DNA of 63,944 nt, counting the filler, from Stramenopiles sp. TOSAG23-6 (Eukaryota): assembly GCA_900128565.1 (NCBI GenBank). It is 8 parts of 8 records of this genome, joined end to end, with 100 filler letters (N's around TTAATTAATTAA, not from the genome) between each part and the next. Parts side by side here need not be neighbours in the genome. Positions count along the whole stretch, not along the records: positions 23,842 to 35,650 come from LT636237.1; positions 35,751 to 47,545 come from LT636238.1; 6 more parts are not named here. The stretch is one strand, 5' to 3'. Positions 23,943-37,324 of the stretch are shown one piece after another. A model generated the notes under the pieces. The model ran no database searches and was not told where the DNA came from. It was given only the letters and a program-made list of their open reading frames with translations. The translations under genes and the position numbers were made by a program. Positions within the stretch are counted from its first letter, which is position 1. Every line of letters starts with the position of its first letter.

Positions 23943-24933
23943 ATTTAGCACGTTCACAAGCTGTACGTAGTCGTCGAAGTGCACGTGGATCTTTTTCAAC
24001 TCCTGAACCTTTTCCACGGTTTTGTTTCCGAAATTCACGAACACAATGTTGAACCATTGTCGAATCGAAATCTTCCCCTCCAAGATGAGTATCACCAGCA
24101 GTTGCACGTACTTCAAAAATACCATCTTCAATTTGGAGAAGGGATACATCAAATGTACCACCACCAAGATCAAATATTAATACAGACTGTGGGGTATCGC
24201 TACTCCCTTTCATGCCATATGCTATAGCTGCAGCAGTAGGTTCATTGATAATTCTCATGACATTAAGGCCAGCAATACGACCAGCATCTTTAGTAGCATT
24301 ACGTTGACTATCGTTAAAATATGCAGGAACTGTAATCACAGCATTCTTTACTTCACTACCGATGCGTGTTTCTGCAATTTTTTTCATTTTTTGAAGTATA
24401 AATGCTGATATCTCCTCTGGTCGAAAACGTTTGACATCACCTTTATAACTTACCTCAATCCATGGTTTGTTATCCTGTTGAGTGTGTATAGTTTAAACAT
24501 TTAAAAAATGTAAATAACTTTAATATATATATATTATTGACAGTGAATGTCAAGATATGGTTTATAATGGGAATATGGTTTGTAATGGGAATAACACAGG
24601 AATAATATAAGTAATACTTACCTTATCAGGGACAACACTAAATGGCCATAACTTGATGTCTTCGCGCACAGCTGGATCGTTAAATTTTCTACCAATAAGA
24701 CGCTTAGCATCGAAAACAGTATTTTTGGGGTTTACAGAACACTGCTCTTTTGCAGCAGGGCCAATGAGTCTTTCAGACTTGGTAAACGCTACATAAGAAG
24801 GCGTCGTTCGAGACCCTTGTTCATTTGATACAATGTGTACCTGACCACCCATAAAGTGACCCACGCATGAATACGTTGTCCCTAAGTCAATACCAATTGA
24901 ATGACCGGTAAACTTGGAGCCACCATCTGCCAT
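23943..24933 (-). CDS. HSP70: Cytosolic-type HSP70, 3' truncated; exons 24622-24933, 23943-24474
   Basis: [42 protein letters not shown]. Confidence 0.95.
24475..24621 (-). other. Canonical GT-AG intron
   Basis: AAG|GTAAGT...CAACAG|GAT; joins [12 protein letters not shown]. Confidence 0.92.
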
Positions 24934-25331
24934 TGTATGTAGCTAATACAGTTGTCTCTGGAGACAAATTTATATACTGTTTTTGGGTGTTATATAATCG
25001 TTGTGTAGAGGTACAGTTTTTTACACCACCACACCACACAACAAAATCCGATTTTTGATGGTTAATAATGATCTGAATCATCTGATCTCGAGACAAAGAT
25101 GTTACCCGGGTCACATAGTTTTTTGCGAATTTTTTTGAGATTCAGTCAGTGTCACAGTAGCCAATTCTTTCCTCTTTAGAACTACTTTATAGAGTAATTA
25201 ATTACCTAGCTAGTTGATGAATAGCTAGATTTTGTAAAGCCAGGTAGAAGCATCTCTTTCTCGAACGACAAAGGAAGATTCACTAATAGTATATTTTTAC
25301 TTTGATTGTACTCAAATCTAAAGTTCATCAA

Positions 25332-26427
25332 ATGGAAACGTTCTCTTTTGAAGCCATTGGAAAACTAGAAAGTGTTTTTAGAGATTGTCGAGGGACTCCA
25401 CGACAGGGCTTATTAACACCTTTAACACGAAGCAGACTCACTTTACGACGTGATATTGCAAGTTATGCATTAGAAGGACTAGAGTTATATTCGCATGTAT
25501 GGTTATTTTTTGTATTTCATGCAAATACATTGTCTAAAACAGCGATAGGAAATAACAAAAAAAGTATGAGTGCATCGAGCGAGAATGAAACTATAGATGA
25601 GACAGATNAAAAAAAAACGNAATNAANAGAGGATAAAGAAAGGAAACTCTATTAAAGTAAAAATTAGGCCTCCAAAACATTCTTCAAAAGTCGGCGTCTT
25701 TGCAACAAGGTCTCCGCATAGACCAAATCCTATCGGTCAAACACTTGCCAAAATTGATAAAATTGAAGGTTCTACTATACATCTCTCTGGTATTGACCTT
25801 ATTGATGGCACGCCTATTCTAGATATCAAACCATATGTAACATTATATGATAGTCTTGATAATGCATGTGTTGCACCTTGGGTACAAAAAGCATTTGATG
25901 CACCTTCTATTGTTGTGAAGTTTTCAAAACAGGCTGAAGTTGATCTGTACACTCTCTTTGAGAATAGCCCTAACCCTAACATGGATATAGATACAAATAC
26001 ATTGAATGATATAAAAACAAATACTACAAATACTACAAATGCATTGAATGATATAAATACAAATACATTGAATGATATAAGAATAAATAGTGATGAAAAA
26101 AAGAAACATTCCAATAAAACTCAAATTCAAAATAGAAAAGAAAAACGTAAAAAAAACAAAAAAAAATCAAAAAAATATTTCAAATTCTATAACACAGTGA
26201 ATGAAGTAAAGTCAGTTCTTAATCAAATTTTATCACAAGATATACGTAGTGGTGGAGCTAGAACAAGAAGACGTAATAGAGGTGAATATGTTGATGAAGT
26301 TGGTGATATTTTTTGTATTACTTTTGATGGTGTTGATGTAAAATCAATTATTAAAACACAATGTGAATTTGGTATTGCAACTACTGTTGAAGTTAAAAGT
26401 ATAGTCCCTTCTATACATACTAAATAA
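25332..26427 (+). CDS. TRMO: TsaA/TRMO tRNA m6t6A37 methyltransferase (apparent frameshift in an N-containing patch)
   Basis: GTPRQG, SHVWLFFVFH, GVFATRSPHRPNPIG, DGTPILDIKPY. Confidence 0.88.
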
Positions 26428-26774
26428 ACTGTTACAATTAAAAAAAGATTTAATATATATTAAATAAACTGTTGAAGTTAAAAGTATAGTCCCTTCTATA
26501 CATACTAAATAAACTGTTGAAGTTAAAAATAGATTTAATACATACTAAATAAACTTGATGTTGCAACTATTATTAAAAGTCTTCTTAAATATATATACTT
26601 TATTCGTCTATATACCATTTAATATCCATCAATTCACACATGGTCTCGTAATTAATAGTTAATAGTATAGATATTTTACATTTTTTGTTTTTTTGAGATT
26701 TAAATAATCCATCAAGTTAATAGACTATAATGTTCTACGCATTGTGAGATTCTGTACCATTTGTTTCTACCTAA

Positions 26775-27683
26775 TTACGATTCAGAGACTCCATTTTCAT
26801 CAATGTAAAGCAAAGTTTTTCGTGTCACTTGCTTCCGTTGTTGTTTAATTCCATCTACACAAACTCGAAGTGTTACATTAATAATAGTTCTCTGCTGTAA
26901 TGAATTGTTTTCAATACCATACCACTCCACTTGTAAAGTTGATTTCGGTCTCTGTTGACGCCAAAACAAAGGTCTAGAATCAAACTTTTTTGAATTAAAC
27001 AGTTGTGGCAAAGTTGCACAGAGAAGCAACTTTGAAGTACATCGAAATCGTTTCAATACAAGAGATAATGCTTTTTGTATACTTGCGTCATTTTGATTTC
27101 GCTTGGTATATGTTTGATACATTCTATCAGACCAGTAAAATGTTGTCAAGGAATCAATTAGAAGAAGTTTGACACAAAACTGCCTTTCTGTTGATAATTT
27201 ATCTAATGTGACAAACATTTGAATCGAACTACCGCAACGATACACAAGTAATCGAGATAGACTTGATTTCATTATATTTTCCATGTCAATGTTTGTATTT
27301 GTATCAGAAAAAGAGGAACGCTGAAGGATGCGACGTCGTAGGATATTCTGTAAAACTGATAAGTTTAAGTGTGACTCATTATCAAAGTATACTGCATATG
27401 ATTCCAAACCACCTATGTTTTGTGGTAGAATACACGATGCAACTAAATGAAGCATAATCATACTTTTTCCACTCCCACTCTCGCCGGCTATTTCTAATGT
27501 GCTACCAAGAGAGAGCAAACAGTCATCTGGATCATTTCGATATTTTGTTATCCCATCTTCTGAAACAGTTTTTGCATCATCAAACAAACGAAAACCAGTT
27601 CGAAACGGTTGATTAATTGCTCTCGAATATAAATCAAAGGCGGTTTCATCTGCAATAAAATGGAAAGACTTTGAAGAGTGCAT
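26775..27683 (-). CDS. XRCC2: RAD51 paralog XRCC2-like
   Basis: GESGSGKS, CILP..GG, LLLIDSLTTFYWSDR. Confidence 0.85.
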   Translation of the reverse strand: MHSSKSFHFIADETAFDLYSRAINQPFRTGFRLFDDAKTVSEDGITKYRNDPDDCLLSLGSTLEIAGESGSGKSMIMLHLVASCILPQNIGGLESYAVYFDNESHLNLSVLQNILRRRILQRSSFSDTNTNIDMENIMKSSLSRLLVYRCGSSIQMFVTLDKLSTERQFCVKLLLIDSLTTFYWSDRMYQTYTKRNQNDASIQKALSLVLKRFRCTSKLLLCATLPQLFNSKKFDSRPLFWRQQRPKSTLQVEWYGIENNSLQQRTIINVTLRVCVDGIKQQRKQVTRKTLLYIDENGVSES

Positions 27684-27909
27684 TAAGACTATGGTAAATC
27701 CATACTGTAAACACTCGCTTTGTCTTTTTTATTGAATATTTTCATAAAAAATCTAGGATGATGAGAAAAAATTTCATTTTGATGTTTTTGACAGTTACCC
27801 GGTACTGATATTCGACGGTTACTTCTGTTCTCTATAAAATGTTTTTCTTTTTTATCATACTTAAAACTATATTGTGTATAGATTTGAGAGTAAAAGCGGA
27901 GTAATAATA

Positions 27910-30900
27910 ATGGAGTCTAAAAGAGAAAGACTTGCAAGATTAACTAGTGAGAGAAGTACTGTAGACAAAACGTCGAAAACAAATACGTTTGATTCAACAG
28001 ACTCAAAAGATAATGAAACTACAAATATATCAACAACCAAAATACCATTGGCAACAAATGACGAGGCAGCACAACCAACGATAGAAACAAAGACTAATAA
28101 ACAAAAAATCCCTCAAAATACGGATCTTGTTGTCAATACAAAGAGTGTAGCAAAGAAGAAAGAAACCGTTAAAAATGTTGTCGATACAAAGGCTACCACA
28201 AAAAAAAAAGATATAAGAAAACAACCTCGATCCAATACGGCTGATTCCAATGACACAAAAAATGACACAAAAAAACCTACTTTAAATCCTTCAAAAACTC
28301 AAACTTCAAATGCTAACAATAGTAAACAAGATAAACCCAAAACAACACTTGATACAAAAGACTCCAATAAAAACAAAACAACACTTAATACGGATAAAAA
28401 AGTCCCAAATAAACGACTTCAATCAAGTCAATGGAAAACTTCTTGGGGTTATAAAAGTTCCGGTTGTCTTTGTATGCCTTTACAAAGTTGTTGGATTTCA
28501 TTTGCAAAGAGACTTGTTGGAAAATTTGGTATGTCAAGACAAGAAAGTCAAAAAAATCTTTTAGATAGAGAATTTGGTACGTCTGAATGGATCAAAAATA
28601 AAAATGTAACTGACAATTCAGAACAATCAGAACATTCAGAACAATCAGAACATTCTTCNAATNAAACNAAAANTTGNTTTTATNAATACTGCACGATACA
28701 ATACAATGAAAAAGATTTTCCCAGGTGGTAAAGAAGAATCCCAAAAAAAAAATTGGTTTTGTATCCGAATCCATTCAACTGATGCATTACCATTGACAGA
28801 GTTTCTTCGCGAACCTGTTGTGAAAGTTCACATTGTCAATGCAATGACTGGTGAATATATTTCTAAATCAAATTTAACTTCAAAAAATGAATTTTTTAAA
28901 AAAGGAAACAATGAAAATGAACATAAAGAAACAGAAGAAGATGGAATACGAAATGAATTTGGAGTGATAAGTCGAACTGAAAATGCTACATGTATAAAAA
29001 CAATGGCAAATGTACGTTGAAAATATTTAAAAAGAAAAAAAAAAACTCAATTTTTTTTTCGTACGAAAATTTGTACCTAACAAAAAATCCAAATTTTTTT
29101 TTTTTCACAATATATGGAAAACGCGTTCGAAAAGAAAGCTATTGTACAATCATAACACCAAATATGACTCAATGTTCTACTATTTCAAAAAAGACAAGAT
29201 CTGCTATATGGAATGAATCTCTTTATTTTAGATGTCCAATAGAAAATATTTTAAGTCCAAATATAATCATATTTTTTGAACTTTTAGATCGAGGTAATAC
29301 GATAAATCGAAAACTTACATATGCAGGACGTGGTTATGTATCTTTAGCATGTACGTGTTTATCATTAATTTCGACTTTTTTANTTTTTTTTTANTTTTTT
29401 TTTNGGTATGAAATTTTGTACCTAACGATTTTTTTTAATTTTTTTTTTTTTCACATTACATGGGGATTTCTGCGTCCTCTGGCCATCGGTGGACATCCTT
29501 ATATTGGAGAAAAAGACACGATCCGTCGTATTCAATTATTCAAACATGTAACACTTGGTCGACTGGCGAGAGCTCAGCAATGTAGTTCTGCAGTAGGAGC
29601 TGGAAATCCAACTTTAGTTCCAGATGTGTTTTTTCAATATAAGTTACTGAAAAAGCGCAAATCATTTACATCTTTATTAAATGTCTCGATCTTTCCAAGT
29701 GAAAACCTCGTTGACAAAAATGTTTCATATAATCCAACCATGCCACATGAGTTAGAAGTTATGCCATCGAATGAAACGTATTACGAGAATAGTGTTTCTC
29801 CAAAAGCTAGAATGACTACTATTCCAGTTGACCATGTTGAAAAAGAAAAAAAGATGAGTTCTTTACGATTACGCAGATTTCGTGGTAAAGACAAGCCATG
29901 TTTACTTCCTGATCGATTGTTACATCGAATCCCTACAAACTCTACACTAGGTTGTCTTACTTTATTATTTTCACCAAATGGTCGAATTCTTGCCGCGGCT
30001 TGTGTTGATGGTACTACATACCCAATACGATTGTATGACGTTCAAAGTGGCGCTTTGCTAGATTCTCTCACTGGTCATTTAGGCCTAGTGCACTCTATGG
30101 TGTGGACAGGGGGTAGTCTTAGTGAGGTTGTTGAATTATTATCTGCATCTGCAGATGGCACTTGTAAAATATGGAACTCACCTGCTTCATTAGAAAGTAT
30201 GAATGGATTTGGGAGTGGCACAGTGAAAACGAATAATGACTCGGGTAATGGAGAAGCAAAAGGATTTAGAACACAATTATTACAGCAAACATTAAAACAT
30301 CCTACAGCATCATTTGTGTATTCAGCAATAATGCATCCTATGTATCACTTACGATTAGCTGTAACAGCAGCATCGGATTCACAAATTAGACTCTGGAATG
30401 TTGATACAGGTTTGAGTATAGGAAGTATCGGGTCAAAATCAAATCTTCCACATAAATCACATGTTAATTCCATTATTTTTGATAGAAAGGCAAGAAAACT
30501 ATTCAGTGCTGATGGTGATGGAATTTTAGTTGTCTGGCGAATTACTGGTACTCCAAGTGAGACTGGTTCTTATCAATTAGTTAGAATCATCTCAAAATAT
30601 CAAAATTGCTCAATACTTAATTTAGTAGCAAAACCAGATACGAATGATTTTGCTATTCTTGCCCAGAGCAGTATTTTACGAATTCACGAAATGCTTTCAC
30701 CTTATAAAGAAGTAAAACTTCTTCGTGGCTTCAAGTGCAATGAATCAACTGATACTCAATGTTGTTTCTCACCTGATGGACAGTTTGTACTTAGCGGAGC
30801 TGAAGATGGAAATGCTCACTTGTGGGAGACAAAAAAGGGTAGGAGACTTGGTGGTGATCAATGGGAGCTCTTTTTATCAAATGGGATATCTGGAGTAGCT

Positions 30901-31053
30901 TGGTCTCCTGTGGAACATGTCATTGCATTGGCATCTTTTGGAGGGAATAGTCCAATCCTCCTGTATGAGCATCAAAGTGTTTCCAAATCTCAAAATTCCA
31001 AATTGAATAATGCAGAAAGTAAAAATGAAAAAAAAACTACAACACCAGTATAG
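27910..31053 (+). CDS. AHI1: Jouberin/AHI1-like C2 plus WD40 ciliary protein (introns 29012-29115, 29351-29461; low-quality patch about 28650-28690)
   Basis: PVVKVHIVNAMTGEY, IIFFELLD, AWGFL after splicing, CLLPD, FSPNGRILAAAC, HPTASFVYSA. Confidence 0.8.
29012..29115 (+). mobile_element. Introner-like intron Q, GT-AT, 104 nt
   Basis: AAT|GTACGTTG...TTTTCACAATATAT|GGA. Confidence 0.8.
29351..29461 (+). mobile_element. Introner-like intron R, GT-AT, 111 nt
   Basis: GCAT|GTACGTG...TTTTCACATTACAT|GG restores LAWGFLR. Confidence 0.85.
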
Positions 31054-31212
31054 GATTATTATATTATGATACTATGGTAGATCACTAATAAAAAGTATTA
31101 AAACATAGAAAAAGTTAACCATTTCTTTCAAAATGTTTCTTTTGTATCAAATATTGTACAAAATGCNAACNAAAAAAAAACTNTTTTNANTTTTCACTGT
31201 ACTTTTTGTGTT

Positions 31213-31878
31213 TCAAATTCGTCTACGAATTTCCAAAAAACGCTTTAAAAAAATAACCTGACCAGCTGTAATGACCAAAACACTTACCACTTCCAGCATA
31301 CTCCAATGTAAAATACGACTATTGGAAGCAAGCATTGTTTTCTGTTGGCGCGCTTCTCTCTGTGCTAAATAGTCTACCGCATCTTTCAACATGTCTAATT
31401 TTCCTGAGAAAGACATTACATCTGAATAAATCTCAGGTATTTGCTCTTGATTGGCAGCTTTATCTCCAGGGTGATAGTTTTGGTGAATACTGAAACTGAT
31501 TTCGCTACCACCACGGACAAAGAGTCCACCAGCGATATTGAAACATATTCGGTACTTTGTATTTTGTTCACCATCTTTCAAAAGGGAACCGACACCATGT
31601 AAAGGTGACTCCCAATACACTCTATCGGACACTTTTTTCTCCACTTTAAGTTGAAGCTTTTCACCTCCATCTTTCTGAAGTAAAAACACTTCAAGTTCCA
31701 CAGCAACCTGTTTTGCTAAACTAAGAACTTCGTAGTCAAGGTGAACAGTACTATCAGGTTCAGCAGTATAAAAAAAACACTCAGGTAAGCCTCCTTTTAC
31801 AGCGACTGTTATTGAAAGTGTATGCGAACAAAAATTTAATAGAATAGTACATATCAGTAGATATACCATATGACACAT
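31213..31878 (-). CDS. p24/emp24 (TMED) GOLD-domain protein
   Basis: Signal peptide, ECFF, YRICF, C-terminal TM with QVIFLKRFLE. Confidence 0.88.
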   Translation of the reverse strand: MCHMVYLLICTILLNFCSHTLSITVAVKGGLPECFFYTAEPDSTVHLDYEVLSLAKQVAVELEVFLLQKDGGEKLQLKVEKKVSDRVYWESPLHGVGSLLKDGEQNTKYRICFNIAGGLFVRGGSEISFSIHQNYHPGDKAANQEQIPEIYSDVMSFSGKLDMLKDAVDYLAQREARQQKTMLASNSRILHWSMLEVVSVLVITAGQVIFLKRFLEIRRRI

Positions 31879-32206
31879 TGTATAACGTTAGATGGACTAA
31901 AGAGTGAAGAAATCTAATGCAATGAATACTTGGCGATATGTGCCTATATTCAATCTTGTATTATTATTTAATAATCACTACTTTTCATGCCCTTGGAGGT
32001 ACCTAATAATATATCGCTTTGTGCAAGGAAGCCAAATTGATTGGCCACCACGTGTCGTACAATTTTTAGTACCGGGTAAAACCATCGGCTATATAATGAC
32101 TTAAACGACTTAAAACTTTGAAAGTCTACTTAAAACATGTTAAATGTAAAACAAAAATACTGTATACTCTATATTATATTCTAATAAATCTAATAAATTC
32201 AAAAGA

Positions 32207-32983
32207 TTAATTCATCGTACGTAAATTTGCTAATAATTTCCTACACATTACATTGATTTGGACGTCAGTCAAATGTTCTGAATTTCGAATTGCATTTGAT
32301 ATAACAACTGTTTCAGACTTAGAGCTAGCATGAATCCATACCATACCATTAGCACCGACAGCAATTTCAAAGGCCAATACATTACCAATGCAATTTAGAA
32401 CAGTACATTGTGTACTACGCAACATTTTAGCCAACGATAAGGTGACTCTAAACACGAAACCTCCGTTTAATTCACCAAAAATAGACTGCCCTGTGACCCA
32501 GTCTCTCTTCTTTCCTTCTAGAGCTGTGACACACGTAACTTCTGGATCCATATCTCTATGTGCAACTTCTACACGAGCATATACAGCTGTGCCAATTTCA
32601 AAGTTTGGCTTATTGCGTTTACTCGCACCATCAAAAGCTAGCGCAGGTAAAATTGCGAGTGCAGGTCCACCCACATTTAGACGATATTCTTCTGAATGTT
32701 TCGAGACAACTACACCAATCACTGCGTCACCTACTACTGGTGAATATCTACGCTGTGAATTTTCTACCCAAAAGCGATTTGGTGTTCGAAATTGAAACAC
32801 CCCGGCCTTTGTTGCCTTGACACTTTCGTCTATATTTTGAATACCTTTCCCGATCCGGATTTTTTTCGCAAATGGACGGATATCGTTTGCTAAGTCATCA
32901 CCTGGAATAACTACACGTGCCTTAAAATCATGAGCTGACATTTCATTCCTAATTCCATCGAGTAGAGCATCTGCAGTAGACAT
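32207..32983 (-). CDS. RRP40: Exosome subunit RRP40/EXOSC3
   Basis: VIPGD, RYSPVVGDAVIG, AFDGASKRNKP, FEIAVGANG. Confidence 0.9.
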   Translation of the reverse strand: MSTADALLDGIRNEMSAHDFKARVVIPGDDLANDIRPFAKKIRIGKGIQNIDESVKATKAGVFQFRTPNRFWVENSQRRYSPVVGDAVIGVVVSKHSEEYRLNVGGPALAILPALAFDGASKRNKPNFEIGTAVYARVEVAHRDMDPEVTCVTALEGKKRDWVTGQSIFGELNGGFVFRVTLSLAKMLRSTQCTVLNCIGNVLAFEIAVGANGMVWIHASSKSETVVISNAIRNSEHLTDVQINVMCRKLLANLRTMN

Positions 32984-33310
32984 TTTGATTCTAAAAGAAG
33001 ATGGTGCCTTTTTTCTTTCTTTTTTTCGAGTGAGTTCGTCAAGACTATCTACACAGTAGTCGTATAAGTTTGAGTGTAGCGTGTGTTTCACTGTTGTGTC
33101 ATCATCACTCCCAATTTTTTTTGACTGGCTTGATGGCGCAGGTTTGTGTTGAAAAGCCAAAATAAAAAAGCTAAAAAAATCTTGAAAATATAGTCAAAAA
33201 GAGTCAGTTATGTCTAGCTCTAGTATCGTAAAAAAAAAAAGAAACATTCCACGCTGTAAATGTAAATCAAGTGTAATTGGAGAACTTTATTTACTACTGT
33301 CCTCTTCTTC

Positions 33311-35598
33311 ATGAACATCATGAATAATCTGCATTCTATTTATTGTTTATGTTTCATTGTGCTGATTGCTCACTGTCCTCGGTGTAAAAGTGCAATGCAA
33401 CGTCAGAAATCGGAAAGACCAGAGGGTATGCCAACGCAAGGAAGGCAAAAAAGAGTTCGTACGGGTATGTTGCATAGATCTAATCCACACGGCGAGGATT
33501 ATGAACCTCATTCGGTTTTTAGAAAGTCAGAAGAATGCTCGCAGGCAATTCTGGGTGACCTGTCCGCGGAAGACTTGAAGGATCTTGTAAAAATGAAACC
33601 TTTTATGCAGTGCGTTGTGTCTAAAAAGGGGCAGTTACTTCGAGAAGCATCTGGTGAAATTCAAGATGACAAACATATTGTTTTAACAGCAGTCAGACAG
33701 AACGGTTTAGCCATCGAATTTGCCTCACCAAGACTAAAACAAGATAAACAAGTGGCAATAACAGCAGTACAACAAAATGCAAAATCATGGAGATTGCTTC
33801 CAGAACCCTTCCGAAACAATCCCAGTATTGTTGAAGCAACTATTGAAAAGGATGGACTCATGATAACAGAGATGGCCGAGCAATTTTTGACCGATGAACG
33901 CCTCCTACTGAAAGCGATACAACATAATGGATATGTAATCCTTCAATTACATGGAGCGCTCACTACAAAAATTGCTAAAGAGCAAGGTTCGGGTTTAACT
34001 TCGCTAATTAAAAATGCTGTTGTACAACACCCAGCAATAGCTCTTTTCTTCCAAACAGCCTCATTGAACTATGCATATCAAACTTTAGAAGACGTGAGAG
34101 AAATCATCGCTATTGAACGCTTATCTGGCTTTTGGTACGCTTATCTACCTCCAGATTCAAAATTCAGACAGAACGGAGACTTACTCACTCTAGCTATGGA
34201 AATGTTTTGGAAATATCCACATGAAGAGGAAAGGCTTAAATATTTTTTTTCTGCTTTACGTCAGTATTGGACACTTTCATTCAGAGAAAAATGTGCGCGT
34301 ATCTTGAAATTAAAGAATAGATCTTGCGATGATGAAACTATATCAAAAAGATTTAAACCATTTATCTTGAAAGTTCCAATACAAAATGCACCAGAATCGC
34401 TTAAAAAAGATAAAGAACTGATGCTTGGTTTGATAAAGCAAGGCGCTGGACGAGGGACATATAAATGGATACAGTTCATTGATGCTACTTTGCTTGGTGA
34501 TAAAGATTTCATGATGGCAGCTGTAGCACTATGGCCAGATAGTATTGCATATGCATCTATCAATTTGAAGCGAGATGAAGAATTTGTGAAAATGACCGTA
34601 TCAAAGTATGGGCATTTGATTATTCACACACCATTTTCACCCCATTCCATAAATCGCCCCGATAATGAAGACGTTCTCATTGCAGCTTTAACTAGTGGGG
34701 AGGAAATGCTAAAAAAACTTCCCACTTTCCCAATTCTCCAAATTCCGGAGAATCCTTTTTACACTAGAGATTCCAGAAGACAAGACAATTTTGACAGTCG
34801 TCAATTCAAGAATCTCATAAACGTCATGAAAAAAGCAATTGCGCATGATGGAAATAATTTTTATCACCTCAAGATTGCACGTGAGCATAAGGAAATTCTA
34901 AGGTTTGCTCTTTCACATGGTATAGATGTCTTCAGACGAAGAGATCGAGACTGGAGAAGCAAACGACCGCTTGATGAAAAGATGCTGTCTGTACTTTTTT
35001 CTCCTGATTCATTGCAAGGTTTGGGACTTGATGCCAATAGCATAACATTTATTATTCGTTCAATTGAAAATGCAAAAACATCAAAATATGTACTAAATTT
35101 TTTTCTGGAGGAACGTTATCGTCGTTTCGACAAGATAATTTTTGAACACGTTGAGTTACTACTTACAATACTCTCTTACTGGCCATCTCCAGAGAAATAT
35201 CAATACGAAAAAAAAATTGAACTTAATGATTTGTACAAGAATAAGTTGTTTATAAGGGAAGAAAGGAAACTGGCATTTCATTGTTTAGGAATAAGGGACC
35301 TTAATTTCAATGATATGGAGGTTCTCAAAGAAAAATCCAAACAAGTTTTGAATAAGGCTAATAATTTCAGGTTAACTATGTTTGAGCGGCGGCTTTCCTT
35401 GGCTAAAATTCTCTATTTAAAAGGAAAAGGACGAATAATTCAGGGAGAAAATGAAGACGTTGAAACACTTCTTAAACATCATGTTATTTCAAAAACGACG
35501 GAAGAACATCCAAATTACCTCTATAAAGATGCGCCACCTGTTGTGTATAATGCTATTTGTATCGGCCAAAAACAAAAACATAAATCAGGAACGCATAT
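33311..35598 (+). CDS. DUF4116-like repeat protein with putative signal peptide, 3' truncated
   Basis: DKHIVLTAVRQNGLAIEFASPRLKQDK-type repeats. Confidence 0.75.
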
Positions 35599-35650
35599 GT
35601 ATGTTTTATTTTTTTTTCAATTTCGAATTTATTTTTCGTACGAAATTTTG
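35599..35650 (+). mobile_element. Introner-like intron S (5' part)
   Basis: ATAT|GTATGTTTT...TTTTTCGTACGAAATTTTG at contig end. Confidence 0.78.
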
Positions 35651-35750
35651 NNNNNNNNNNNNNNNNNNNNNNNNNNNNNNNNNNNNNNNNNNNNTTAATT
35701 AATTAANNNNNNNNNNNNNNNNNNNNNNNNNNNNNNNNNNNNNNNNNNNN

Positions 35751-36993
35751 AAAAATATCATCTACAAATATCGATAATAGTTTACTAAGTACATTAACAT
35801 TTAATGAAAATAAACTCGACGAAGAAAGCTCTAATCATGAAGTCCTCGTCCCTCTAACCGGGCGTGTATTTGAAAATGCAGTTGATGAAGTTATAGACCT
35901 AGAAGGTGAAGATAACGATATTAATAGTGAAATTAGTTCCAGTGATGTTGAAGATAATATTACTGAATTCAAAATATCTAGCAATGATGTAAGGAATTTA
36001 GATAAGAAAGATTATAATCCTCTTGAAGCGAATGTTGAATCAAGTGTTGAGTTGCTTTTACAACGAGTTGTTCAAGAAGCTGCAATACCAAATATGAAAT
36101 CACCACTACGCCTTGAAATGCAACAAAATCGAAAACAAGGAAAAGATATTGAAACTTTAAGTGATATGATGGGTGCTATAGACCATTTGCTTGCTTCATC
36201 GCGGATTACAACAGAAAAGATTCGAAGCAAAATACAAAGTGAGCATAAACAACAAAATGAAAAAGATGCAAATTTATACACAAGTAAATTTTTTGATGCT
36301 TACCAAAATGTGTCGAAAGAACAAAATGCTGATATACTTGAGCTCATGAGTAGAAAACATAAAAAACATAAAAGACATAGGAATCGAAGAAGAAAAAAAG
36401 AACATAGACATCATCGAAAATATGAGAAAGAAGAAGAAGGAAAAGTTGAAATAAATCAGACAAACACAAATGAGGAAAAACAAGATAAAAATGTGCAAAA
36501 ACCGAGTTCATTATTGATAGATTGGGAAAAGAAAGCTAGAGCAGCACATATTTTGGCATTACATAAACTTACACGTGAAGTCGATGAAAGATTAGAAAGG
36601 CATGAAAATTTACAAAGCGTTCGCAGAGATAAAATATTTGGGTCATATGGTGAATATAGTGACAATATTTACACACAAGAAACTCACCCAATTACCTATG
36701 ATGAGTATCTGCAATATGAAGATGAAGCCATTAGTAACCTTATCAGCGAGAAACCAAAAGTAAAGCATCGATTATCATTGAGCGATAGGATATCTTCAGA
36801 GGCAGGAAGTAATATAGATTTGCATTGGATTTCTGCTGGGCAAAAGAATCCATCCAAATATAGTATGAAAAAATCTGGTCGAACTTTGCGTGACAAAAAT
36901 AAACAGAAAATATACAGAAAAAGAGAAGCAAAAAAGTCTCATTTAGAATGGAAGAATAGAATCAAAAAAGAATTAAAGATTGACTTAAAATGA
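35751..36993 (+). CDS. Hypothetical protein, 5' truncated
   Basis: Open frame from the contig start to the stop at 36993. Confidence 0.6.
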
Positions 36994-37324
36994 AGAAAAT
37001 ACACTACTCGACGATATTGCATTTTTTCGATGATACAAGTAGTTTAAACTAATGACTAATCTATCCATATTGTATTGTGTATTTTCCTAATCTCAATCAA
37101 TTTTTCCATTATAATAAAAATAATCATGAAAAAAATGATAGAAATCAAATCGGAAATCACTCAACATTTTTAAAAATTTCAATTTTTTCAAATTTCAGCA
37201 CATTTCGTTTCGTCGCTGCTGTGAACATTCGCGCTCGTAGCCATATCCAAAATATCGTATTAGGACTGCGGTACACTGTTGAGGGAAAATAGATTGAACG
37301 TAAAAAGTAGCATTACATGGCATA

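Noticed and set aside
26383-26555. Duplication of the TRMO 3' end
   Set aside because: Simple local tandem duplication
25600-28700. Frameshifts in TRMO and AHI1
   Set aside because: They coincide with N-containing low-quality patches
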